A DNA stretch of 64,000 nt from an uncultured delta proteobacterium (GTDB lineage: Bacteria > Desulfobacterota > Desulfuromonadia > Desulfuromonadales > BM103), in assembly GCA_963715335.1 (NCBI GenBank), contig CAVQRZ010000002.1:17458-81457 (forward strand). The letters are read 5' to 3'. Position 1 is the stretch's first letter, and each line of letters begins with the position of its first letter. Positions 53,637 through 62,734 of the stretch are shown here, piece after piece. The position numbers were made by a program, and so were the translations under genes. The notes beneath the pieces are model-generated. The model worked only from the letters and a program-made list of their open reading frames with translations. It was not told the DNA's origin and did no database searches.

Positions 53637-54287
53637 TCAATGATCCAGGCTGATTTTATCCAGTTCGGATTTCAATAGAGGGAGGATCCTTCTGACAATT
53701 TCTCTAACCCCAGCACGATTTGGGTGGATCCCATCTGACTGGTTCAAGGCGGGGTCAAGTGCGACGCCGTCGAGAAAAAAGGGATAGAACGTCACGTCAT
53801 GCCTGCTCGCCAGCTGAGGATAGACGGCGTTAAACTCTGTGGTAAAATCCCTGCCAAGATTGCGCGGGGCCTGCATGCCGGCCAGGATCACGCCGACACC
53901 CTGTTTTCTCAGGCGGGCAAGGATCGACTCCAGGTTGGCGTAGGTTTCTGCGGGCGGCAAGCCACGCAAAGCATCATTGCCGCCAAGTTCAACCAGAACG
54001 ATATGCGGTTTATCAGCGAGGGACCAGTCCAGGCGGGACAACCCGCCGGCAGTCGTGTCACCGGAAACCCCAGCATTGATAACCCGGACATTGTAACCGG
54101 CGGCATCAAGAGCTTCTTCCAGTTGCGACGGAAACGAATCTTCAGGTTCCAGGCCGTAACCGGCCGACAGGCTGTCGCCAAAGACCAGCAGACGCAGAGC
54201 TGAATCTGCAGTATGATTGGCATGCAGCGATTGAACGCTGCTGCCTGCCAGAACAACCAGGAAGAGACAAACTCTAAGTAAGGACAT
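53637..54287 (-). CDS. tesA: SGNH/GDSL arylesterase (TesA-like)
   Basis: GDSLSAGY, NAGVSGDTT, LGGNDALRG, DGIHP; signal peptide from the ATG at 54287. Confidence 0.88.
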   Translation of the reverse strand: MSLLRVCLFLVVLAGSSVQSLHANHTADSALRLLVFGDSLSAGYGLEPEDSFPSQLEEALDAAGYNVRVINAGVSGDTTAGGLSRLDWSLADKPHIVLVELGGNDALRGLPPAETYANLESILARLRKQGVGVILAGMQAPRNLGRDFTTEFNAVYPQLASRHDVTFYPFFLDGVALDPALNQSDGIHPNRAGVREIVRRILPLLKSELDKISLDH

Positions 54288-54978
54288 GGACAAACCTATG
54301 GTAGAAATCAGGGACCTACACCTTAGTCTAGTTGGTGGCGCCGGCCCGGTCAACATACTGCGCGGCGTTGACCTGTCGATAAAGAGCGGTGAAACGGTCA
54401 GCATCGTTGGTCCATCGGGGGCAGGCAAAACAACCCTGCTGATGGCGCTGTCAGGCTTGGAACGACCGTCTTCTGGCCAGGTAAGGGTCGCCGGTACGGA
54501 CTTGACCGCGATCGGCGAGGATGACCTTGCACGTTTTCGACGCAAGCATGTAGGGATCGTTTTCCAGTCTTTTCACCTGGTTCCGACTATGACGGCACTG
54601 GAGAATGTTTCGCTGCCACTGGAATTCGCGGCTGCCGCAAACCCTGCCGGCCAGGCCAGGACAGCCCTCGAAAAGACCGGGCTCGGTGATCGACTGCACC
54701 ATTTCCCCGGAGAGTTGTCCGGCGGCGAGCAACAACGTGTCGCACTGGCAAGGGCTTTTGTGGCCAACCCTTCCCTGCTCCTGGCGGACGAACCAACCGG
54801 CAATCTTGATCGGGAAACAGGGGCCATGGTCATGGACCTGCTCTTCAACCTGCAACAGGAACATGGGACCACCCTGGTGCTGATTACCCATGACGAATCG
54901 CTCGCATCACGCTGCCATCGTTCCATCCAGATGATCGACGGTCGGGTGATCGAAATAACAGGCGCCTCAAGTGAATGA
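54286..54978 (+). CDS. ABC transporter ATP-binding protein (YbbA-like)
   Basis: GPSGAGKT, LSGGEQQRVALARA, LADEPTGNLD, ITHD. Confidence 0.9.
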   Translation: MDKPMVEIRDLHLSLVGGAGPVNILRGVDLSIKSGETVSIVGPSGAGKTTLLMALSGLERPSSGQVRVAGTDLTAIGEDDLARFRRKHVGIVFQSFHLVPTMTALENVSLPLEFAAAANPAGQARTALEKTGLGDRLHHFPGELSGGEQQRVALARAFVANPSLLLADEPTGNLDRETGAMVMDLLFNLQQEHGTTLVLITHDESLASRCHRSIQMIDGRVIEITGASSE

Positions 54979-57499
54979 ACTCCACATGATACAGCAGGCC
55001 CTGCGTCTGGTCAGACGAGAACTGCGTGGCGGGCTGCGCGGCTTTGGTGTGTTCCTGACCTGCCTCTTCCTCGGTGTCTTCGCTATCAGTGCGATCGGTT
55101 CCTTTACCGAGTCGGCTAAATCAGGTCTTCTGGCTGACGCCAGTGCCCTGCTCGGCGGTGACCTTGAAATCCGCATGGCCCACCGTGAGCTCCCGGAAGA
55201 TTATACTGGCCTCCTCGCCACACACGGCGCATTGTCACACGTAATAACCATGCGCACCATGGTGGCGAATCGGGAGGGAAGCAAGCGGATTCTGGCGGAA
55301 CTCAAAGCGGTTGACCTGACCTATCCTCTCTATGGCAGTGTTGATATCGAGCCGTCGCAGCCGCTCCACCTGGCGCTTGTCAAAAAGGGCGAATACGGAG
55401 CCCTGGTGGAGCGAGCCCTGCTTGCCAGGCTGGGTGTCGATATCGGCGACAAAGTGAAAGTCGGGGCTGCAGAGTTCCGCATCAGCGGCGTCCTGACGAC
55501 CGAACCCGACCGGACCATACAGGCATTCAATCTCGGCCCCCGATTCATGACCAGCCTCGACGGGCTTGCCGCCACGGAATTGATGCAGCCGGGCAGCCTG
55601 ATCTATCACGCATACCGGCTGCGACTCGCAGACCGTGAAACGGTCGACCAACTCAAGGACGATTTGCAGAAACGTTTTCCCGAGGCCGGTTGGCGCCTGC
55701 GCACCTGGCGTGAGGCGGCCCCCCGGGTACGTTTCTTCCTCGACCGTATGAATCAGAACCTGACCCTGATCGGTCTTTGCGCGTTACTGGTTGGCGGACT
55801 CGGCGTCTCCGGCGCCGTGCGCGGCTACCTGACTGGCAAGATCGTGCATATCGCAACGATGAAATGCCTGGGAGCACCGGGCCAGCTGGTTTTTATGGCC
55901 TATCTCATGCAGGTCCTGTTCCTCGGCGCCCTCGGTGCCGGCGCCGGGATTGTCTGCGGTGCGGCGTTGCCATTTCTGATCAACCAGCTTCTCGGCAGCC
56001 AATCTCCCGTACCTCTGGCTCCGGCAATTCACTGGCAGGTCCTGCTTACGGCGGCCATGTTCGGTCTGCTGATTGCGCTGGTTTTCTCCCTCAAGGCACT
56101 TGGTGTTTCAAGACGTATCTCCCCTGCAATCCTTTTTCGCGGTTACGGTGAAAACTCGGACCAGGACCCCGGCACCGGCATCAGGGTAATGATTGCTATT
56201 GCCGTGATCTGTCTGGCTGTGCTCGCTGTTCTGACCAGCACGGACCGGAAAATGGCGTCCTGGTTTATTTGCGGGGCAGCCGTCTGTTTCGGCCTGTTTC
56301 GTTATACCGCCGCCAGGATTGTTGAACTGACCCGCCATCTGCCGCGGCCGAACAATCCCTCGCTGCGTCTGGGGTTGGCCAACATCCATCGCCGGGGGTC
56401 ACCAGCCGGCAGCGCTCTGTTTTCGCTGGGGCTGGGGTTGACGGCACTGGTTGTGATCATGCTGGTCCAGGCCAACCTCGATGACAAGGTCAACGAAACC
56501 GTGCCGAACGAGGCGCCAGCCTTCTTTTTTCTCGATATTCAGAGCCACCAGGTTGAAAGCTTTGAGGCGATCGCAAAGAGCCTGCCCGGTATCCGCAAAA
56601 TCGAACGTTATCCCACCCTGCGCGGTCGGATCACCGCGATTGCCGGTACCCCGGTAAACATGGCAGAGATCGCGCAGAACGTAAGCTGGGCCGTAAGAGG
56701 CGACCGCTACCTGAGTTACTCAGCCGCGATGCCGCCCGATACGCAGATCGTTGCCGGTGAATGGTGGCCGCCTGACTATACCGGCGAACCTCTTGTGTCG
56801 CTTACAGACGACCTCGCGAGAGGGTTTGGTGTCGACATTGGTGACAGTTTGACGGTGAATATCCTCGGCCGTGACGTGACGGCCAGAATCAGCAGCCGTC
56901 GAGAAGTTGACTGGTCAACCCTCGACCTTAATTTTGCGTTGATCTTCTCGCCTGGCCTGCTGGAGAACGCGCCGCAAACCAATATTGCGTCCATTCATGT
57001 CCGTCCCGACGTCGAGGAAACCGCCTTTTCGACGATTACCAGCCAATTCCCGAACGTGTCGGCGATCAGCACCCGCGAAGTCATGAAGAATGTTTCCCGC
57101 ACACTCGACCGGATCGGCATGGCGTTCCGCAGTATCGCAGCGATCGCTCTCCTGACCGGATTTATGGTGCTGGCCGGGGCGGTTTCAGCGGATCAGCACC
57201 GGCGCATTCACGATGCGGTCATTTTCAAAGTGTGTGGTGCGACCCGCTTCAACATCCTGTGGGCGTTCGCCGCAGAGTTCCTGTTCCTCGGATCGGTTGC
57301 CGGCTGTATCAGCGCGGTGGTCGGCAGCCTGGCGGCTATGGGTATCCTCAAAGGTCTGATGCAGATGCCTTTTACCCTGCATCCGGGAACGATCATCACA
57401 ACCATTTTGATCGGGATTGCCTTGACGCTCCTGCTCGGCCTGCTCGGCACATGGAAGGCCCTTGGGCAGAAACCTTCGACGTATCTCAGGGGGGAATAA
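54971..57499 (+). CDS. ABC transporter permease (YbbP/FtsX-like)
   Basis: RRELRGG, LLGGDL, KAVD..YPLYG, FFLDIQ; two TM clusters. Confidence 0.88.
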   Translation: MNELHMIQQALRLVRRELRGGLRGFGVFLTCLFLGVFAISAIGSFTESAKSGLLADASALLGGDLEIRMAHRELPEDYTGLLATHGALSHVITMRTMVANREGSKRILAELKAVDLTYPLYGSVDIEPSQPLHLALVKKGEYGALVERALLARLGVDIGDKVKVGAAEFRISGVLTTEPDRTIQAFNLGPRFMTSLDGLAATELMQPGSLIYHAYRLRLADRETVDQLKDDLQKRFPEAGWRLRTWREAAPRVRFFLDRMNQNLTLIGLCALLVGGLGVSGAVRGYLTGKIVHIATMKCLGAPGQLVFMAYLMQVLFLGALGAGAGIVCGAALPFLINQLLGSQSPVPLAPAIHWQVLLTAAMFGLLIALVFSLKALGVSRRISPAILFRGYGENSDQDPGTGIRVMIAIAVICLAVLAVLTSTDRKMASWFICGAAVCFGLFRYTAARIVELTRHLPRPNNPSLRLGLANIHRRGSPAGSALFSLGLGLTALVVIMLVQANLDDKVNETVPNEAPAFFFLDIQSHQVESFEAIAKSLPGIRKIERYPTLRGRITAIAGTPVNMAEIAQNVSWAVRGDRYLSYSAAMPPDTQIVAGEWWPPDYTGEPLVSLTDDLARGFGVDIGDSLTVNILGRDVTARISSRREVDWSTLDLNFALIFSPGLLENAPQTNIASIHVRPDVEETAFSTITSQFPNVSAISTREVMKNVSRTLDRIGMAFRSIAAIALLTGFMVLAGAVSADQHRRIHDAVIFKVCGATRFNILWAFAAEFLFLGSVAGCISAVVGSLAAMGILKGLMQMPFTLHPGTIITTILIGIALTLLLGLLGTWKALGQKPSTYLRGE

Positions 57500-57647
57500 T
57501 CAAGTAAAGGCTAAGGGGTGAGAAACCATCGTTTAACTGTAATAATCTAGATTTGATCTGACAGAGATTGTTTCATTCGACTCTCTGCGGCCTCATGCTA
57601 AATATCCCCGGGTGATCCGGGAATCAGTTACAGTAATGCTCACAGGA

Positions 57648-57685
57648 AAGCCCCAATCCAGAAAAACCGGATGGGGCTTAATTTT
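57648..57685. terminator. hairpin between the convergent ybbP-like and cytochrome genes
   Basis: aagcccca...tggggctt followed by aatttt. Confidence 0.4.
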
Positions 57686-57738
57686 GTTGGCGATGGCAAC
57701 TTATAGTGACCGCGTTGATGTTCTCGGTCAGACAAGAG

Positions 57739-58087
57739 CTAGACTGTATTTTCAACGATCGTTATTGTTTTGTGCGAAGCTTCTTTGAGGGGTACAGTTC
57801 TTAAAGCCGAGGCAATGGCTTCGAGTTGTTCATCACTTAAAAAATCGAGAAATTTCTTCGCAGGGATATATTCAATTGCTGAACGGAGGCGGCTCAGACT
57901 ACGTTGCGGCTTGGTGGTTTTGGCAAAACTTTTGTGGCAATTGGCACAGAACTCCTCATACAGGGATATGCCCTTTTCAATCTCTGTCAGATTGACTACT
58001 GATCTGTTTGCTAACATCAGCGAAGGATGAGGCTGATATTGCTAGGCCACAAAATAATATGACAATTGAGATATAAAGGCGGTTCAT
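57739..58087 (-). CDS. small monoheme cytochrome c with signal peptide (apparent frameshift near 57985)
   Basis: MNRLYISIVILFCGLAISASSFA from the ATG at 58087 joins to IEKGISLYEEFCANCH...LSDEQLEAIASAL. Confidence 0.7.
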
Positions 58088-58356
58088 CTCTTCCCCGTTC
58101 GCAGAAAAAGAGATTTTTTATCAGATGAGTTACGCGAATACAAACAAAAATATTTTCATGTATTCTTGTTCATAATCTTGAGCAATGAATTCCATCCCCG
58201 CAATCCTGACCAGGAAATGGCCGCCTGGAATTGATCCAGGTGGCCATCGCAAGCGCATGTGAATCTTCTAAAAGTGTCTTGAAAAGGTGAGAAAGCCCTG
58301 GATGCCACTCATCTACTCTCCCCGCTCTCTGATGACGGGAAGAAGATCTAACAGCG

Positions 58357-58741
58357 CTACCTGGTTTCTACTGCTCCGCCTGCCGCTTTCCATGCTTCAA
58401 AGCCGCCATCGATATGGCAGACATTTTCGAGCCCCATCTTCTGGGCAATGTCAGCAGCCAGCGCAGAGCGCCAGCCAAGATTACAGTAAAAAACGAACCT
58501 TTTATTCTCGGCGAAGATCGGGTTGTGATACTGGCTTGCCGGGTCGATCCAGAATTCCAGGAGCCCGCGTGGACAATGAAAAGCTCCGGGGATCTTCCCT
58601 TCCCGCTTCAATTCGCGGACATCACGCAGGTCGACAAGACACGACATCCGGTGATGAGGCCTCGGCCAGGGCATTCTCAGCAGAGATGGCTTTGATACGT
58701 GACTCAGCATCCGCAACCAGTTCCTTGTATCCGATAGGCAT
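58357..58741 (-). CDS. single-domain rhodanese (apparent frameshift near 58640)
   Basis: MPIGYKELVADAESRI from the ATG at 58741 (GGAGG RBS), then VDLRDVRE..EGKIPGA...YCNLGWRSALAA...IDGGFEAW. Confidence 0.82.
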
Positions 58742-58834
58742 AGCAAACCTCCCTTTGTAATAGTTCTGGACAATATAACAAAAAAGCTGCCCCTGGTCAG
58801 AAAGGCTTTTGAAATAGGATCAAATACCTGTTTT

Positions 58835-59746
58835 TTACCGGGCGGTCGCCCGTTTCCTCGTCGCTCTTTGACTCAGCAAGGGCCAGACCTCGGCTACGAT
58901 CATGCCGGCAACAATAAGCGCGCCGCCGAACCAGCCGATCGTGGTCAGGCGATCCCCGGCCAGCCAGACCGAGAAGATCGCAGCAAAAACCGGTTCAAGC
59001 GTGTAGATCAGGGCCGCACGGGTCGGAGTGGTGCGATTCTGAAAGGTGGTCATGGCCCAGAAAGCATAAGCGGTAGCAAAGACAGCCGTAATGACGAAAG
59101 CAAAGATTAGTGAGCCTGTCCAGGCTTGCGGCCACGAAGTCGGTTCGAAGGCCAGGCTGCCGCAGCAACCCAAAACCGCCATGGTGGCAATCTGGACGAA
59201 GGTCAGCGCCCGGCCGTCATAGCCTTTGGTGAAAGCATCGAGGCCGAGGATATGCAGGGCAACGAACACCGAGCAGACGATCACCAGGAGATCTCCGTAA
59301 TTGATTGTCCATGGTGTATGCCAGGTCAGCATAAACAACCCTGACAGGGCCAGGCAGACACCGATTTTGGAGCCAAAAGCTGCCGGTTTCTTCAGAATTG
59401 GCCCAGCCATCAGCGGAACCCAGATCACCCCCAGACCGGTCAGGAACCCGGCGTTGGCCGATGAAGTGCGTTCCAGGCCGAACGTCTGGAACAGGTAAGA
59501 CGAAAAGAGCAGAGTGCCAAGCAGGATCCCCAGTCGCCAGCCACGCCGGTCAAGCGTGGCAAAGCCACTCCGCCCGGTAATCATGGCCAACAGGACAGCA
59601 GCCATGGCAAAGCGCACCCACAGGAAAGCCATGACCGGCATCTCGGTGATCGCGTCTTTGACGATCGGAAACGTCGCACCCCAGAAGAGCGTCACACTCG
59701 CCAGCATAAGCTCGGCAAAAAACTGGTCTTTTTGTCTCTGATCCAT
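58835..59746 (-). CDS. DMT/EamA-family transporter
   Basis: LFWGATFP, QTFGLERTSS.NAGF, YTLEPVFA; about 10 hydrophobic segments. Confidence 0.9.
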   Translation of the reverse strand: MDQRQKDQFFAELMLASVTLFWGATFPIVKDAITEMPVMAFLWVRFAMAAVLLAMITGRSGFATLDRRGWRLGILLGTLLFSSYLFQTFGLERTSSANAGFLTGLGVIWVPLMAGPILKKPAAFGSKIGVCLALSGLFMLTWHTPWTINYGDLLVIVCSVFVALHILGLDAFTKGYDGRALTFVQIATMAVLGCCGSLAFEPTSWPQAWTGSLIFAFVITAVFATAYAFWAMTTFQNRTTPTRAALIYTLEPVFAAIFSVWLAGDRLTTIGWFGGALIVAGMIVAEVWPLLSQRATRKRATAR

Positions 59747-59855
59747 GAAATTCCAGGCAGATGTGTTAGAGTCTTGTTCAGGCAAACGCGCTATGGTATA
59801 AGCAGAGTTCTGTGAATTCAATTCTTTTTTCAAACCTTCAGCGAGAGAGAGCATC

Positions 59856-60011
59856 ATGGAGCGTGGCAAACGTGAACCCGTCGAGGTCATTTGCGCAAAG
59901 TGCCGCTACACGAATATCGTTTACCTGCCCATTGATGACCTGCCCCTCTGCCCCAGATGCAACACGCGGATGTCCATCTCGGAACTTCTCGATGAAGGAA
60001 AATCCTATTGA
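59856..60011 (+). CDS. 51-aa zinc-ribbon-like protein (not in the supplied ORF track)
   Basis: MERGKREPVEVICAKCRYTNIVYLPIDDLPLCPRCNTRMSISELLDEGKSY*, two CxxC motifs, purine-rich GAGAGAG upstream. Confidence 0.7.
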   Translation: MERGKREPVEVICAKCRYTNIVYLPIDDLPLCPRCNTRMSISELLDEGKSY

Positions 60012-60073
60012 ACGTTTTCCCGCCATCATCACGGCATAGAACCCTATTCTCTTCATTCCAAGGAGGTACAACC

Positions 60074-60874
60074 ATGAAACAAGTCAAACTTCTGATTGCC
60101 TGTCTGCTGGCTCTGTGTGTGGCCCTGCCTGGTGTTGCCTTTGCCGACACCCTCGATGACATCCTGGCGCGCGGCACCCTGCGGGTTGGTATGGAACCCG
60201 GCTACATGCCTTTTGAAATGACCAATAAAAAAGGCGAAATAGTCGGTTTCGACGTCGATATGGCCAAACGTATTGCCAAAGCCATGGGCGTCGAACTCGA
60301 ACTGGTCAGCACGGCATGGGACGGCATCATCCCCGCCCTGATCACCAAGAAGTTCGATATCATCATGAGCGGCATGACCCTCACCCAGGAACGTAATATG
60401 AAGATCAGCTTCGCCAAGCCCTACATCGTCATCGGCCAAAGCATCCTGGTCGACAAGAAGCTGGCCGGCGAGATCAAATCTTACAAGGACCTGAACAACA
60501 AAAAGTACAAAGTTGCCTCCAAGCTCGGCACTACCGGCGAGCAGGCGACCAAACGCATGATCTCTGATGCTACCTACATCTCCTTTGAAACCGAGCAGGA
60601 AGGCGTTATGGACCTCCTCAACGGCAAAATTGATGCTTTTGTTTACGACCTGCCTTTCAACGCCATAGCCTTTGCTGAAAAAGGCCAGGGCAAGGTGATC
60701 CTGCTCGACGAGCCGTTCACTTACGAGCCGCTGGCATGGGCCGTCAACAGGGGCAACGCTGACTTCATCAACTGGCTGGACAATTTCCTGGTCCAGGCCA
60801 AGAACGATGGCACTTACGACAAGATTTACAAAAAGTGGTTCCTCAGCGACGAGTGGCTCAAAGACCTCCAGTAA
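60074..60874 (+). CDS. polar amino-acid ABC transporter substrate-binding protein
   Basis: Signal peptide, RGTLRVG, GFDVD, WDGIIPAL, GMTLTQER; AGGAGG RBS. Confidence 0.92.
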   Translation: MKQVKLLIACLLALCVALPGVAFADTLDDILARGTLRVGMEPGYMPFEMTNKKGEIVGFDVDMAKRIAKAMGVELELVSTAWDGIIPALITKKFDIIMSGMTLTQERNMKISFAKPYIVIGQSILVDKKLAGEIKSYKDLNNKKYKVASKLGTTGEQATKRMISDATYISFETEQEGVMDLLNGKIDAFVYDLPFNAIAFAEKGQGKVILLDEPFTYEPLAWAVNRGNADFINWLDNFLVQAKNDGTYDKIYKKWFLSDEWLKDLQ

Positions 60875-60888
60875 GCAGCCCTGAGAAT

Positions 60889-60921
60889 GGCGAGGCAGCC
60901 CTACGAAGGGACTGCCTCGCC
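60889..60921 (+). other. intercistronic stem-loop after the binding-protein gene
   Basis: ggcgaggcag-ccctacgaaggga-ctgcctcgcc followed by gtctttctt. Confidence 0.55.
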
Positions 60922-60956
60922 GTCTTTCTTCTGACTATTTAGCGGGATCAATTGCG

Positions 60957-61916
60957 TTGATTTCTCAAAAGAACAGCCTACTCTGGCATGCCCTCACGGT
61001 CTTCATCCTCTTCACTATGGGTGCTGGCCTCTGGATAGCCACCAAGAAAATCGACTACACCTGGCGCTGGAACCGGGTTCCGCAGTACTTTTTTTACCAG
61101 CAGGAGTCGCTCGTCCCGGCGCCATTTGATGCGCGGGTCGCATCCATATCGAAAAACGGCAACAAGACCCACATCAAGATCGCCGGCGAGAACGGCGAAG
61201 ACGAGACTTTTATCGTCGACACAGAGACCCTCAAGGTCACCGAGAACGAAGACCTCTTCGAAGGTGACTACCTGGGCGCGACCTACGAGTGGCACGCCGG
61301 GCCGCTCATAATGGGTTTGTGGACGACCTTGTGGCTTTCGGCCGCAGCCAGTGTACTCGGCATGATCATCGGCCTGGTAACCGGCCTGTGCAGAGTCTCA
61401 CAGAACCTGACCTTGCGCAGCCTGTCGATCACCTATATCGAACTGATCCGCGGCACCCCCCTGCTGGTGCAGATTTTCATCTTTTATTTCTTCCTCGGCA
61501 CCGTGCTCGACATCAGCCGGATTGTTGCCGGCATCAGCGCCCTGGCGATCTTTGCCGGCGCCTACGTGGCAGAAATCATCCGGGCCGGTATCCAGTCGAT
61601 CCCCAAAGGGCAAATGGAAGCGGCGCGTTCACTCGGCATGAATGTGCCGCAGGCGATGATTCACATCATCCTCCCTCAGGCTTTCAAGAGAACCCTGCCA
61701 CCGCTCGCCGGCCAGTTCATCAGCCTGATTAAGGACTCGTCGCTGGTCTCGGTAATCGCCATTACCGACCTGACCAAAAGCGGCCGCGAGGTGATCACCT
61801 CGACTTTTGCTACCTTTGAGATCTGGTTTGTCGTCGCGTTTCTTTACCTGTTGCTGACGTCGGTGCTGTCCCAGGTAATCTCCTGGGTGGAACGGAGGCT
61901 TTCGGTCAGTGATTAA
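60957..61916 (+). CDS. polar amino-acid ABC transporter permease
   Basis: [39 protein letters not shown]. Confidence 0.93.
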   Translation: MISQKNSLLWHALTVFILFTMGAGLWIATKKIDYTWRWNRVPQYFFYQQESLVPAPFDARVASISKNGNKTHIKIAGENGEDETFIVDTETLKVTENEDLFEGDYLGATYEWHAGPLIMGLWTTLWLSAAASVLGMIIGLVTGLCRVSQNLTLRSLSITYIELIRGTPLLVQIFIFYFFLGTVLDISRIVAGISALAIFAGAYVAEIIRAGIQSIPKGQMEAARSLGMNVPQAMIHIILPQAFKRTLPPLAGQFISLIKDSSLVSVIAITDLTKSGREVITSTFATFEIWFVVAFLYLLLTSVLSQVISWVERRLSVSD

Positions 61917-62643
61917 GACAGTCGATCTGAAAAAGACCTTTACGGGACGTGGTCAGACGGTGTATGCCGTCGACGGCGTGACCGCCCATATCAAGCCCAG
62001 TGAAGTGGTGGTCATTATCGGTCCTTCAGGCTCCGGTAAGTCGACCTACCTGCGCTGTCTGAACGGCCTTGAAACTTTGACCTCGGGACAAATCATCATT
62101 GATGGTGTCGACCTGTCGGGAAAAAAAACCGACCTCAACCTGGTGCGTCGCGAGGTCGGCATGGTCTTCCAGCAATTCAACCTTTTTCCGCACAAATCGG
62201 TGCTGGAAAACATCGTCCTTGCCCAGCAAGTCGTACGCAAGCGCAAGCGCGAAGCCGCCGAAGAAAAGGCCCGTATGCTGCTGCAGAAGGTTGGCATTCC
62301 CGAGAAGGAGAATGAATACCCGATTCGTCTTTCCGGCGGCCAACAGCAGCGCGTTGCGATCGCCCGCGCCCTCGCCATGGACCCGAAAGTGATGCTTTTC
62401 GATGAACCGACCAGCGCCCTCGACCCCGAAATGGTCGGTGAAGTACTCGAGGTCATGAAGCAACTGGCCCGCGAAGGGATGACCATGGTGGTTGTCACCC
62501 ACGAGATGGGTTTTGCCCGCGAAGTAGCCGACCGGGTTCTTTTTATGGATCAGGGCAAACTGGTTGAGGAAGGAACGCCTGAGCACTTCTTTGTCAGCCC
62601 GCGGGAAGAGCGGACCAAGGCATTCTTAAGGCAAGTTCTATAA
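61909..62643 (+). CDS. polar amino-acid ABC transporter ATP-binding protein (GlnQ-like)
   Basis: [43 protein letters not shown]. Confidence 0.94.
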   Translation: MIKTVDLKKTFTGRGQTVYAVDGVTAHIKPSEVVVIIGPSGSGKSTYLRCLNGLETLTSGQIIIDGVDLSGKKTDLNLVRREVGMVFQQFNLFPHKSVLENIVLAQQVVRKRKREAAEEKARMLLQKVGIPEKENEYPIRLSGGQQQRVAIARALAMDPKVMLFDEPTSALDPEMVGEVLEVMKQLAREGMTMVVVTHEMGFAREVADRVLFMDQGKLVEEGTPEHFFVSPREERTKAFLRQVL

Positions 62644-62734
62644 AAATCTCGCAACACCTTAATTAATAGTAAGTTTTGCTCTATCATTTGATGTTTAAGA
62701 AAGACAACGGGCCTCAAGATTATTTCTTCAGTGC

